DNA of 62,538 nt, the filler included, from Bipalium vagum (taxonomy: Eukaryota), in the NCBI GenBank assembly GCA_037834085.1. It is 3 parts of 3 records of this genome, joined end to end, with 100 filler letters (N's around TTAATTAATTAA, not from the genome) between each part and the next. Parts side by side here need not be neighbours in the genome. Positions count along the whole stretch, not along the records: positions 1 to 23,243 come from JBBMKC010211927.1; 2 more parts are not named here. One strand, written 5' to 3'. Each line of letters starts with the position of its first letter. Position 1 is the first letter of the stretch. A program made the translations under genes and the position numbers. This document shows positions 1 to 10,925 of the stretch, piece by piece. Below the pieces are notes generated by a model. The model was not told the DNA's origin and did not search any database. It saw nothing but the letters and a program-made list of their open reading frames with translations.

Positions 1-43
1 AAAATATATTTTTCTGTAAAAAAGCAGTCTTTGTTTTTCTAAT

Positions 44-77
44 AAAAAAACGCACGAACTTTCCGGACAACCCAATA
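44..77. mobile_element. Right terminal inverted repeat of a mariner element (body lies upstream of the window)
   Basis: aaaaaaacgcacgaactttccggacaacccaa+TA; the reverse complement TTGGGTTGTCCGGAAAGTTCGTGCGTTTTTT resembles mariner TIRs and ends on a TA target site. Confidence 0.55.
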
Positions 78-940
78 GTATAAGAATCATTAAAGTTTAT
101 GACAAGAATAAAATTTACAAATTTAAGAGACTTGCACAAAGTTGTAAAATAAGAATCATTGAAGTTTATTTATTTAACTTCTAGCTAGATAAATTTTCTT
201 ATATTGTTAGTGGTTCATTGTTTTTTATTTGATTTGGGTCGGTGATTGCTGTGAACTTTTGATATTTTTTGAACTTCTATGAGATTCCAGAAAGAATATT
301 AACTATTTGGAATAAGACTGAATTAATCCACTGTTTTCTGCGAATTTATGAGCAGTAATCCGTTAAAAGGAATGCAAAATTAACGAAAGAACTAGAGCGC
401 AAAACAAGATAAAAAGAAATGCATATACCGAGTACCGATTAGAGATTCTAGTCAAGGATGAGATTCAGATCACAGTAATAATTTTTTGTGAAATTGTAAT
501 AAAAAATGGAATTTTAGATAAAAATATTCAAGTTATTTTTTTTTACAACTTTTTGATCTCTCGTCTAAATATTAACCTTAATAACAAAAGCCACGTTATT
601 TTAACGACTTTATTCATAATCTCTAAAACCTATTATCACGCGGTATTTGTGAATTTAGTAAGGTCTCTCAAATTTCAGCGAAACCAAAAATTTTAAACAA
701 CCGTCAATTTATGTGTCAATACAATCAAAAGTCAGTGACATTATCTCATTTTTAAAAATCAATGATATCATCAGATAAAACAGCTATTACAGTGACTTTC
801 TCTTAAAATGCCAATCTATATATTTGAATGGAATCAGCTGTTATGCACCCATATACAACCCCATTAAAAAATGTACAATATTTATATTTAAATCAATAAA
901 ATCATTCAAAGCCGTTCAATATATACTCTCTCTTCTCTTT

Positions 941-2461
941 TCAGAGGCTTCCCGCCAAGAGCATCGGTCTTTTCCTTTTGGCCTTTTTAACAATCTGAGA
1001 ATATTTTATCTGCAACGCAGAAAACGATTTTAGCCTTTTCCTTTTTTTAAAGGAATGAGAATTCTGTGACGGTTTTACGTCCATCGACAGAATTGTACTC
1101 AATTTCGGTCCCAATTGACCCTTCGGGTCATCTGGGATTATAAATAGATCACCAACAAAAGTATAGGGTATCAATCTGGAAAAACAGCAGATGAAGCATG
1201 AAATTATAAATATTTGTTTTTTAATATTCAAAAATAATCTTTAATAGCAAAATTACGAATAAAAATATACAGAATAATAACAGGTCTTTACCTATTAATA
1301 ATAATATCTTTAAATTTATTTACATGGAAGAGGTCACGAAACTGATCGTTACTTATCACAACCCCGTTATGTCCAAGAGCTGCTTCCAAAATCAATCTGA
1401 TAATTGCAATTAAGTCAGATCAATTATTAAGGTAAAAAAACTAACTTGTCATCGTAAGAGGTCTCCCTTTTATTGTTTATTATTCTAGACGGAGTGTAAA
1501 TCAAATGTTTTGACTTCTCCAATTGATCAAATATTTTTCCACCTTCCATTTGTCGATGCCTTGGAATCAGTGCATATATGCGTTTGTGACCGCGCTGTTT
1601 GAAGTAGTTGACTGCGATGTAGACGCCTCTCGGACTGAAATTTCCACACCCATGCCTATTTTTAAAATTTAAATCGTTGTGAAGTTATGAAGAACATACG
1701 AGAACGCCACGTTGTTGCCGTCGACTATAACTGGACGTAAAGCTTTTTCTGAGTACTGGATAATAACATTCAAACATTACATAAATTTACTTGAACAAGT
1801 ATGTTTCTTTGGAGTCAGAATGACCCGCCTCTCACTTATACCAATCATCTGATTATCTTCGTCGTCTTCCATAGACAAGTCAATCACATTATTACCGACC
1901 TCTGATCTAAAAGAATTTCCCATACTGACATTGACAATCTCAATATCGTCAGAATTTTCTAACAAATTTAATAAGAGTTTCTGTGATTTGACTGAGAGGA
2001 ACTGATCAAGTAAAATATTTTCTCTTCCCGAAAGCACTAATAATCTTTCAAACTCATTTTCCGGCAATACATCATTTTTACACAAACTATCCCAATTAAT
2101 GTATTTAAGCAGCAAATTATATGACATTTCAGCATATGCTTTATTTCCGTGTACAAGAAGTTCATCATCTTTTAAAATTACAATTACTCTATTTTTTCTT
2201 TGAAAATAAAATTTGATATCATTAAATGTAAAGAGACTTCGCAAACTCTGGCATATTTTCATCCTCAATTTAATATTGTTTTTGAGAAAAAACCCAAAAA
2301 AGATCTAAATTACCTAAAATAAAATTTTTAAAATAAAAAAATACCTTAGCATCTTCAGCATTTGTTATAAGTTCATTATTTCTAATAGAAACTGGGATGT
2401 TAAATACTGATTTTATGTGAAATAGTAGATCCTCCAAAAAAGGTATATCTAAGATATTCAT
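941..2461 (-). CDS. N4BP1/KHNYN/ZC3H12 (Regnase)-family NYN/PIN ribonuclease, 6 exons, ~409 aa
   Basis: Exons 2461-2345, 2304-1791, 1748-1700, 1655-1446, 1396-1292 and 1175-941 joined by GT-AG introns give an open 1230-nt frame. It contains LRPVIVDGNNVAFSHG..RGVYIAVNYFKQRGH..YTPSR..SYDDKLIL..GVVISNDQFRDL..RLIPYTFVGDLFIIPDDPKGQLGP, the RNase_Zc3h12a signature, with catalytic Asp residues intact. The N-terminus is weakly N4BP1 KH-like. Confidence 0.9.
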
Positions 2462-2739
2462 ATATTTCAAAATGTACAAAATTTAAACAATCTTAATTGA
2501 AATTAAAGAAAGCAATTTTTAATTTTTAACATTTTAAAATTATTGAAAATACTAATTAAATTACTAATTAGTTAAAAAATAGAAAATTAATTTAAATTTA
2601 AAATCAAGAGGAAAATTTAACATAATTCAAAAATACTTATTAATATCACAGACTAAATAATAACTTTACAAGCTAATGTTGAGGTTGATTTTCTAATTAT
2701 CTTTAGATAATTATTTAAATTTATTTTTGTGAATTTCTG

Positions 2740-3350
2740 AAAGAAGTTCACACAGAATTGTGTTATTTCGGAAGTAAGAAAATATTACATTACTTAAAGG
2801 ACCTATATTTCTGGCCGTCGAGATGGAGCTCGATCAATACATGCTTTAAAACCTGTATTATATAGGCAAAACACAACTGGGATCAGAACCGCACAAATGA
2901 GATTCTAAGTTCAAGAGGAATTTCACATTTAATAGAACAAATTGCAATTGACGTTACCTACATGAATAAAGCCAGACAAGTCCATCTTTAAGATCGTAAT
3001 GAGTCAGTGGTAGACCAAATTAGGTAGACCAAAAAGTATTTTGACAGATTAAGGGAGGAATTTTGAAATTTTATGGTTACAGCAAAAACGGAAGAAACTG
3101 GAAACTAAGCATAAATTCAGCTCATTCTATAACTATCAATCAAATGGATTATTCGAGAGTAATAAGGACTCTCCGGGACTTGATCATTTCACCGTTAAAA
3201 GGGAAGACGTAAAGAAAAAAATGGACGAATTGTTACCAAGAATCGAATTCATTATTAATACTTCCCGACAGAGTTTATTTTGAAATCGTTTTGGGTTACA
3301 AGGTAGATCTACATGCCGATGTAGAGGATCACAAGTACTGAAATTGTCAA
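2740..3350 (+). mobile_element. Decayed Gypsy/Ginger-type retroviral-like integrase fragment
   Basis: Frameshifted pieces read TYFWP, IAIDVTYM, KSILTD*GRNFE, YNYQSNGL..RVIRTLRDL, DELLPRIEFIINTS and FEIVLG, which are rve integrase motifs. Confidence 0.7.
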
Positions 3351-4101
3351 GCAAGCCAGAAGGAAGAAAATTTATATCTCCACATCAAATTAAATTGAAT
3401 ATAATGTAATCGTAGAAAATTATAATAAATTATAAAATTATTTTATTTTAACTATTTCCCTTTAACTACGTTAAATAGAAAAATAGAAGAAACAAACAAA
3501 AAAGAGAAGATGTGATAAATATTTTATATGAAATGGAAAGAAAAATATTCGATGTTGAAGGGGAGATAAGAAATTTAAAAATTGCATCTTTTGGAGGAAA
3601 TAATCAAAAAAATATGCAAACAAATATTTATGAAAATAATCAGGATATAAATTGACTTTTATTTGAAAATGAAATGAACTAAATGAAAATTTTTAGTTTT
3701 TAGAAAAAATATATTTTTTATTTTTATTTATTTATAAAAATAGTATTTATATAGATTTTTATTTAAAATCGTACCTATTTTAGAAAACAGTAACCACAGA
3801 TAATTTCTATGGTAATTAAATATAAACCGTTTTCAGTTGACCTAATTATATTTGTAACTTCAACTCCAACTAAAACTCTCAAAAATTAATAATTTTATTT
3901 ATATTTGTACTATGCGAAAACAATAGTGTAGTGTTTAAATAAAAATAAAAAATAATTTGATCTAAATCAGCAGCCGTGAAGAAAATCAACAACCATGAAG
4001 GAAATCAGCAAGCGCTAAGGAAAGCAGTTCACATTATTTATAAACATGTAAAAATATATAAAATCATTTATATACAAAAAATTTTTTCATTTTTTTAAAA
4101 A

Positions 4102-4470
4102 ATGGCAACTGAAATTACAAAAGAGAAATTAAAAAATATAATTGATATACGAAAAGGATTAATTATTACTTTTAATAGAGATAAAAAATACTTATCATAA
4201 AAAATTATGAACGAAATTAAAGAAAAAATAAATGAAACCGAAGAATATAAAGAAGGAGGAATTCGCGGAGCTCACACCACTCCTTTAATTCCAATTCTTG
4301 GAGCTATATTCGCAGGATTAGGAGCAGCTGGTGGAGTTGCAACAACTGTTCAAAAAGTAAAAGAAACTCAAAAAACAGATTTTGAGAAAAAGAAATTACA
4401 AATGGAAATTGATAAATTGAAACCGAGCGACACCCAAAGAACAATCAACTGGAGCTGGACTTTTTTATAA
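4102..4470 (+). pseudogene. Polinton/adintovirus small protein with glycine-rich amphipathic motif
   Basis: KEGGI..PLIPILGAIFAGLGAAGGVATTVQKV matches the GGxLPLIPIFAGLxAxGG motif of invertebrate Polinton ORFs; an in-frame stop lies upstream of 4207. Confidence 0.6.
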
Positions 4471-4715
4471 CCCATATTTTGGAAAAGGATTAAGAGATTC
4501 AATTTTAAATTCTTTTGAATACAAAAATTAGAGAAATCTCAAAGAAAAGAATTAAAAGAATTATTGAAGAAAATGTATAAAAAAAGTTAAGATTTCGAAA
4601 CAAGGAAATGGTCTATTTTTTGATCCTTATGAGAGCAGTTCCTAAAATAATAATTCATATTTTTTTTCTCAATATAAATTTTTTCATGGGAAACTTAATT
4701 TTATTTTTTAAAAAA

Positions 4716-5275
4716 ATGTCTCGATTTAAGATTAAGAAAATTAACTTGCTTTTAGAATTCAAACGAAGTCCTTATAAAAGCTTGCTTTCATTTTTTTGTA
4801 AATATGGATTTATTTCAACATCAAATTTTGATTTAATTGATATTGCTGAAGATTTGGAAATCCCCTTAAAAGTTTTGATGCGGGATGAAATCCCTTGTGT
4901 TTTTAAAAACACGAAAGATGAACTCAAAGAAAAACATATTAAACAAGAAATACCCTTAATTATTAATTATCAAAATACAAATCAAAAAGGGGTTCATTGG
5001 GTTGGTTATTTTCATAATTTTTATTTTGATTCTTATGGTTTATCTCCATTAGAAAAAATTAGAAAAACATGTAAAAGAGTACAACAAATTTGATTTTCAA
5101 TCTGAAACAGATTTGGAATATTGTTGGCAATTATCTTTATATGTTTTATATCATTTGTATATGAGCGAAGCTCATGAGCCAAAGGCAACCAATAATAAAA
5201 AATTTGAGAAACTTCATGAGAGCTTCGATCACATTTTAGAAGAAATAGAAAATATTATTTTTGAGAAGTTGAAAC
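4716..5275 (+). pseudogene. Adenain-like (Polinton PRO) cysteine protease, frameshifted
   Basis: IINYQNTNQKGVHWVGY..YFDSYGLSP..QQI, then after a frameshift EYCWQLSLYVLYHL, supplies the His/Asp/Gln/Cys catalytic elements. Confidence 0.8.
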
Positions 5276-5288
5276 TAAAAATTAAAAA

Positions 5289-6620
5289 ATGCAAGATGAT
5301 GAAGTTTTTGTTAATATTGCTGAAAATGGAGAATATATTTATACTAAAACTAAACCACCAATTTATTATGATGATTATGATAATGAAGAAATAAACGAAA
5401 TAAATGAAGAAATTAAAAATATTCAAATTGACTTAGAAAATAAATTTTTAAATGTTACTGAAGATTCAACGAAAGGAATTTTAAATATGAATAATAATAA
5501 AATAATAAATATGCCTAATCCTATTAATGATAATGATGTTGTAAATTTAAAATGTTTAAAAGAGACAGAACAAAAAATATTAAACCAAATTTTTGAAAAT
5601 AAAAAAATGATTAATATAAATAATAAAATATAAAAGGTTTTATTTTTAATTTTATTTTGTTTAAACAAAACTTTCATAATTATAAAAAACAATTAAAAGA
5701 TATAATAAATAAAACTACATTAAATTTAGAGAAAATCTCCTTTCAAAATTTTAATAAAGAAAGAAAAAAATAAAAATATTCTGATATAGAAATAAAGTAT
5801 AAATCTATAGAAAAGATGTTAATGAAATGCGAATTATGTGTGTAAAGCGAACAGATTTAAAATTTTTATAAGAGAACATAAAAATTCTCGAAAAAATTTC
5901 AAGATTTTTCAGATTTTATAAATAATATTAAATTAAAATTAAAACAATATTTAGCAGTTGATGATTATAAAAAAAATCTATGAAAAATTTAAGTGAGCTG
6001 TCGGTTCTAGCACTGAAGGTGAGCCATTCGTTTGGCATTCTTACTGGAATCAACAAACAGTATATATTTTGAAAAATTAAAAATCAATATAAACAGTTTT
6101 GGATATTTTAATGGAGACAGAACATTTTTTTGAAAGATGAATTTACAATAATATTAGTTGCAGATAAAAATGAATACATAAACAGTATAGTTGTAAATTT
6201 TGGAACAACAAATAATCATAATGTTTTTGGTTGGTACACTTATAGGAATTATTTTATGGTGAATGGAAAATCTTTAGAAAAAAGTTTGTTATAAGTTATA
6301 AAGGAACTGATTTAATATTTCTAAGATTTGCTCAATTGATTTGGTATGATAAAAAAAAGAAATTTTATTTATTTTATAATTCAGAAAATAAATTTGAATC
6401 CATTTGTAAAACGCGTAGCTTTACTAAAGGTAGAAAAACTAATTTTTCATTTAAAATTAATTTAGAAAATATAAAAATTTATGAGATTATGGTTTTTCAT
6501 AGATATTTACAAAATAATGAATTAAAAGAAATTGAAATTTTTATGAAACAATTTTATCCTAATATAAGGTATGATGTAAAATTCTATTTTTTAAATGGAA
6601 GAACCAAGTGCACCTTTTGA
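5289..6620 (+). pseudogene. Polinton fibre-like protein (N-terminal fibre repeat, C-terminal LamG-like segment), fragmented
   Basis: GILNMNNNKIINMPNPINDNDVVNLK resembles the fibre repeat GxLNMxxxKIxNxxxPxxxxDxxNK; KIYEIMVFHRYLQNNELKEIEIFM resembles a LamG C-terminus. Many stops in between. Confidence 0.45.
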
Positions 6621-7235
6621 AAAAATGCATCCAAATTTAAAAAATAAATTTATTTATGATGATGAAAATTTTGAATCGGATAGATTTTCAAACCCTTTAA
6701 TTGAAAAACTTGAAAAATTAAAAATTGAAAATTTTATGAATGAGAAAAAAAATTAGAAGACTAGCTTACACATTATCGAAAATAAAAATTTAAATATACA
6801 AAAATAGGTTCTCATTTAAAATTAGGAAGTACTTGCATAACAGTAATTGTTGGAGTTGGAACAGCAGTAATGACAGGAATTTCAACTTTAAGAGTTGGAT
6901 TAATATTTTATATTCCTATTGGTACTGGAATTTTTGAAGTTGTAAATTTATTTATTTTTAAAAACCTAACATCTAAAAGAAAAAAACTTTAAAGAGAAAT
7001 TTGTGAATCAATAGAAAATTCAATTAGTAAACTTTATATTTTTCAAATGAAAGCATCAGAAGATAAAATATTAACTAATGAAGAAATTAAACAAGCAAAA
7101 TAAATAATTCAAGAATGTAAAGAAAATATTTTAAAAATTAAATCAGGAAATATTATTGAAAATGTTAAAAATGAAACAGAGAAAGAATTGAAAAATGAAT
7201 TGAAAAGAGTATCTAAAAATGTAAACAGTTTATAA
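6595..7235 (+). pseudogene. Polinton-associated two-TM/coiled-coil protein, disrupted
   Basis: MEEPSAP..LKLGSTCITVIVGVGTAVMTGISTLRVGLIFYIPIGTGIFEVVNLFIF hydrophobic hairpin flanked by Lys/Glu-rich helices; contains stops and frameshifts. Confidence 0.4.
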
Positions 7236-8209
7236 AAATAATTTTTATTTTTATTTTTAAAAAATGAGTGCTTTATATAATGGTAAAATTTTTTAATTAA
7301 ATAAAATTTTACATTTATTAGAAATTTTTCCTATTTTAAAAAATATTGAAATTCAATCTCTTCAAGATATTTATGATTTTTTGGAAATAAAATATTATGA
7401 ATTTCCTTGGGAATAATTATTTTAATTTTTTATTTTAAAAAATCGAAATGGATGCAAATTAAAATTCAATCGATCTTAAAAAAGAATAGAAAAATTAAAA
7501 AAATTACAAGAAGTAAAAAAGAAATTTGAAACTAATCAATTAAATCAATGGAAAGTAGAAAGAGGAATTCAAAAGATTTAACAATTGTTCATAAACCTTT
7601 TACTGATGCAGTTAATAAATCTAAACAAGAAACAAAAATTTTACAAAACGAAAAAGAACAAATAGACAAAGACAAACTAGCTAAAAATACTTCTTTTGGA
7701 AATTGGAAAACAAAAAAAGATCGAAGCTTAAATTAAAGATGAAACAACTTATAATATTTTTTATAAAAAAATTGATCAACCTCCACAATATGAAAATTTT
7801 AATTTTGAAAACAATTTTTGTATTAATGCTGCTTTACCATTAACAATAAAACCCTCAATTGAAAAGAATATTTAACAATAAATAAAGTTTCTTGTTAAAA
7901 TATTCAAAATTGGTAATAAAATTAATTTTAGCATACAAAATGAACCAAATTCAGGAGTCTTATCGGAATGTTTAAAATCATTAATTGAAGGTGAAGATTA
8001 TGATAATATTTTTTATAATAACTGAACAAGAGATTATAGTTTAAAAGATTTGAATAATTATATATATTTAATACAATATATTAAAGGATTTATGAATAAA
8101 ATTTATATAAAAAATATTCAAACTAAAATCAATGAATTAGAAAATATAAAAGGAAAAGGTGAAGGTTATAGAATTTATAAATCTTGAATATATATGAATA
8201 TATATCTGA

Positions 8210-9530
8210 ATTTATATCCTTTGGAACCTTTAAAACCAAATGTTTCTGGAAAAGCTTTTAATGGACATAAAGTAAAACTTACTGAATCCACAAATCTTAT
8301 ATTAAAATGTTTTATTTTCATGAATGTGATTTTACTTCCTGAGCTAATTTTTTCAACTGGTAATTTAATTTGTATTAACCAACCTTATATTGGTTATCGT
8401 ATCCTTTTGCATAATGTGCTATAAAAGTATATTTTTCAAAATCTTTATAAATAAAGAATTTTAAAAAAGTATCAACTAAAGAAATTGAGTCTTCAATTAT
8501 TATTTCTTCTATAAATTCTATATTATCTAAAATATTTTCAACTGTTAAATTTTCTAAATTTTCAGTAATAAGTTTAAAATATGATATTATGTTTGTTTGA
8601 ATTTTAAAATATTTTTTTCTTTCCTAATCATAAGCAATTGCATAATTCATTTCATGAAAACCAGCTGTTTCTTGTGTTGCTTCAAAATTAAAAAATATAT
8701 ATTTATTACTTTGTTTAAATTTTCCTTCATTATTTTTTAAATAAGATTTGTGATTATTGAATGAAGATTTGTATTTTTCATCACAAATTGGGCAATTCTT
8801 ATAACCACATTTGTGTTGATATGATTTAAAATATTTTTCATTACAAATATCACAAACTTTTTTATTTCTATAAGATTTACAATTAGTTGTTTAGCATGTA
8901 TGCTGATTTTGAAATCCTATTAAACAATCATGACAATATGTATAATAAATAATATATATATAAATAATATATATATAATAATATGTATATAAAAGTTTGT
9001 TTTTCAAAATTTTCATTTCCTTTAAATAAAATAGATTCATTATTATTATTAATATTATAAACGATAATCCTTACATTTAAAAAATTTTAAAAATTTTTAA
9101 TATCTTCAATATTATTTTCAGTTTTTTAATTTCTATTTGAGCCATATTAAGTAATTTTATTGCCCATTCTTCTTGAATTGGTTCACCTAGTTTAATATAC
9201 CTCATTCTATTATCTTGTTTGGAAAAGTTAAAATAGTTTTTATTTATTTCATTATCACAAGTTAAAGAAGTTATTATCGATCTTGCTAAACAGATTTTAT
9301 TATTATTTTGAATTATTAAATTTTTAGAATTTTTTCCACTATAAAATCATCGTTTCTTCCTGTTCCAACTGGTATTGGTATAGTTAAAAATTTAAAAGTT
9401 ACATCTTCAATATTTATTGTTTATTCTGATTGTAAACGTTTTTCTAATTTTGTAAATAATTGATTTACTACTTCATCCTTTTAACATAAAGGAAAACCAC
9501 TCAACTAAAAAAATATTTATTTGTCCCCAG
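8210..9530 (-). pseudogene. Protein-primed family B DNA polymerase (Polinton pPolB), N-terminal/exonuclease half only
   Basis: Minus-strand fragments: IIQNNNKICLARSIITSL; Cys/His cluster CDICNEKY..HKCGYKNCPIC; YIFFNFEATQETAGFHEMNYAIA (Exo I); FIAHYAKGYDNQY (Exo II); IRFVDSVSFTLCPLKAFPETFGFKGSKG. Truncated before the polymerase domain. Confidence 0.85.
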
Positions 9531-9536
9531 TACATT

Positions 9537-9749
9537 TTATTTTCGACTTTTTCTTTTATCTTCATTTCTACATTCTTTACATTTATTTCTTTCAACTTCA
9601 AAATCTGATAAAGATAAACATTGATTACAATAATTACAATTTTTATAAGTATTGTTGTTCTCATATTTTTCTTTTGTATTTTGATAATTATTAAAATTAA
9701 TATTATAATGACATAATATAATATTCTTCAAAAATTCTTGATTATTCAT
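9537..9749 (-). CDS. Small C4 zinc-finger ORF of the Polinton relic
   Basis: KNCNYCNQCLSLSDFEVERNKCKECRNE: two CxxC pairs, immediately upstream of pPolB on the same strand. Confidence 0.4.
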   Translation of the reverse strand: MNNQEFLKNIILCHYNINFNNYQNTKEKYENNNTYKNCNYCNQCLSLSDFEVERNKCKECRNEDKRKSRK

Positions 9750-9928
9750 TTTTTAAAATAAAAAATAACATTTTTATTTTTTAAAATTATTTGTACTGGG
9801 GACAAATATATATTTTTATTATAAAAAAACATTTTTATTTTTTTAAAATATTTGTACTGGGGACAAAATTAATATTTTTCATCATTTTTTATTGATTATT
9901 TTTTAATGATTTTTTTGATATTTATATG

Positions 9929-10212
9929 ACACAAAGTGTACTCTGTTTATCAATTCATTTTTTCATGAACAAAAACAAACCCTGAATTTTTAAATATATA
10001 TTCTATGTATTTTTATATGTTGTATATTTTACTTTTTTAATATTTTTAATATTTTTATATTTTTACATATTTTTCTACTTTTTTATATTTTTTATATTTT
10101 TAGTAATTTTATATAATTATTTTTATGTTGCCAAAAGTATATTTTTCAACCTATTTTTAGGACTGCTTTGTTCATGAAAAAAATAGGGGGATAAATAGGG
10201 TACACTTTGTGT
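9929..10212. repeat. ~50-bp imperfect inverted repeats enclosing a low-complexity AT core (foldback/MITE-like)
   Basis: acacaaagtgtactctgtttatc..tttttcatgaacaaa versus tttgttcatgaaaaaa..gataaatagggtacactttgtgt. Confidence 0.7.
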
Positions 10213-10215
10213 GAC

Positions 10216-10925
10216 ACATTTTGGTACCTCAAATGTCTGAGTAGCCTCAATTTTCGCTTTATCCGTCTGAACGTCCTTCTGGTTAATCACATGGCCTAGA
10301 ACTTTTTTTCTGATCTGAAAAGCTTACACTTTTCTGGGTTTACTTTCAATCCTGCTTTCATTGTTTTGTTGACAACCATCAACATCTTTCAGTACTTTTG
10401 TCATAGGCTCTTGGAAAGTGCTCGGAGCACTGTAATACTGAATGGAATTCGGTTGAAACAAAATTTTCTTTCCCCCGTTGAAAATGCCGTTTTTTCTTGA
10501 GATTCCCTATCAATTTCAACATGGTAGTAAGCCTTTCTCAAATCGATTGAGGAAAAATATTTTGATCTCCAAATTCTAGCCATCATTTCTTCAGTATTTG
10601 GCATCGGGAATGTTGGTCTAACAGTTACTGCATTTAGCTGTCTGAAATCTAGACAAATCCTAATATCCTAATTTTCCTCTTTCCAGGCGAAGATCATAGG
10701 AGAGTTATACGCTGAGTTGCATCTACGAATGATATTATTTTCAAGTATGTTTTCATTGTCTCGTTGAATTTTTCTTCTAAATGAACTGGCTGTCACCAAG
10801 GTTTTACATTAATTGGGCCTTCCATAGTTTGAATTCTGTGTTTTACCAGATGTGTACATTCGATATTCCAATTATCTGCCATGAACACATTCTCACATTT
10901 CTTCACTAACCTTGCGAGTTTCTTG
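10216..10925 (-). mobile_element. Gypsy LTR-retrotransposon reverse transcriptase fragment
   Basis: CNSAYNSPMIF..DIRICLDFRQLNAVT..FPMPNTEEM..KYFSSIDLRKAYYHVEI..KTAFST..FNRIPF; the YxDD region is deleted or frameshifted. Confidence 0.9.

Larger units (their letters stand above)
4100..10212. mobile_element. Degenerate Polinton/Maverick (adintovirus-like) element, partial
   Basis: Intronless, tightly packed, frameshifted ORFs including an adenain-type protease, a glycine-rich amphipathic small protein, a fibre/LamG-like protein and a convergent protein-primed PolB. No capsid, ATPase or terminal repeats recognised; boundaries approximate. Confidence 0.8.

Noticed and set aside
2740-10925. Polinton inserted into a single Gypsy element, or the integrase being the Polinton's own
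   Set aside because: The integrase (+) and RT (-) fragments are in opposite orientation. The integrase motifs (YFWP, TDxGRNFE) look Gypsy/Ginger-like and lie outside the compact Polinton ORF block; not resolvable by eye.
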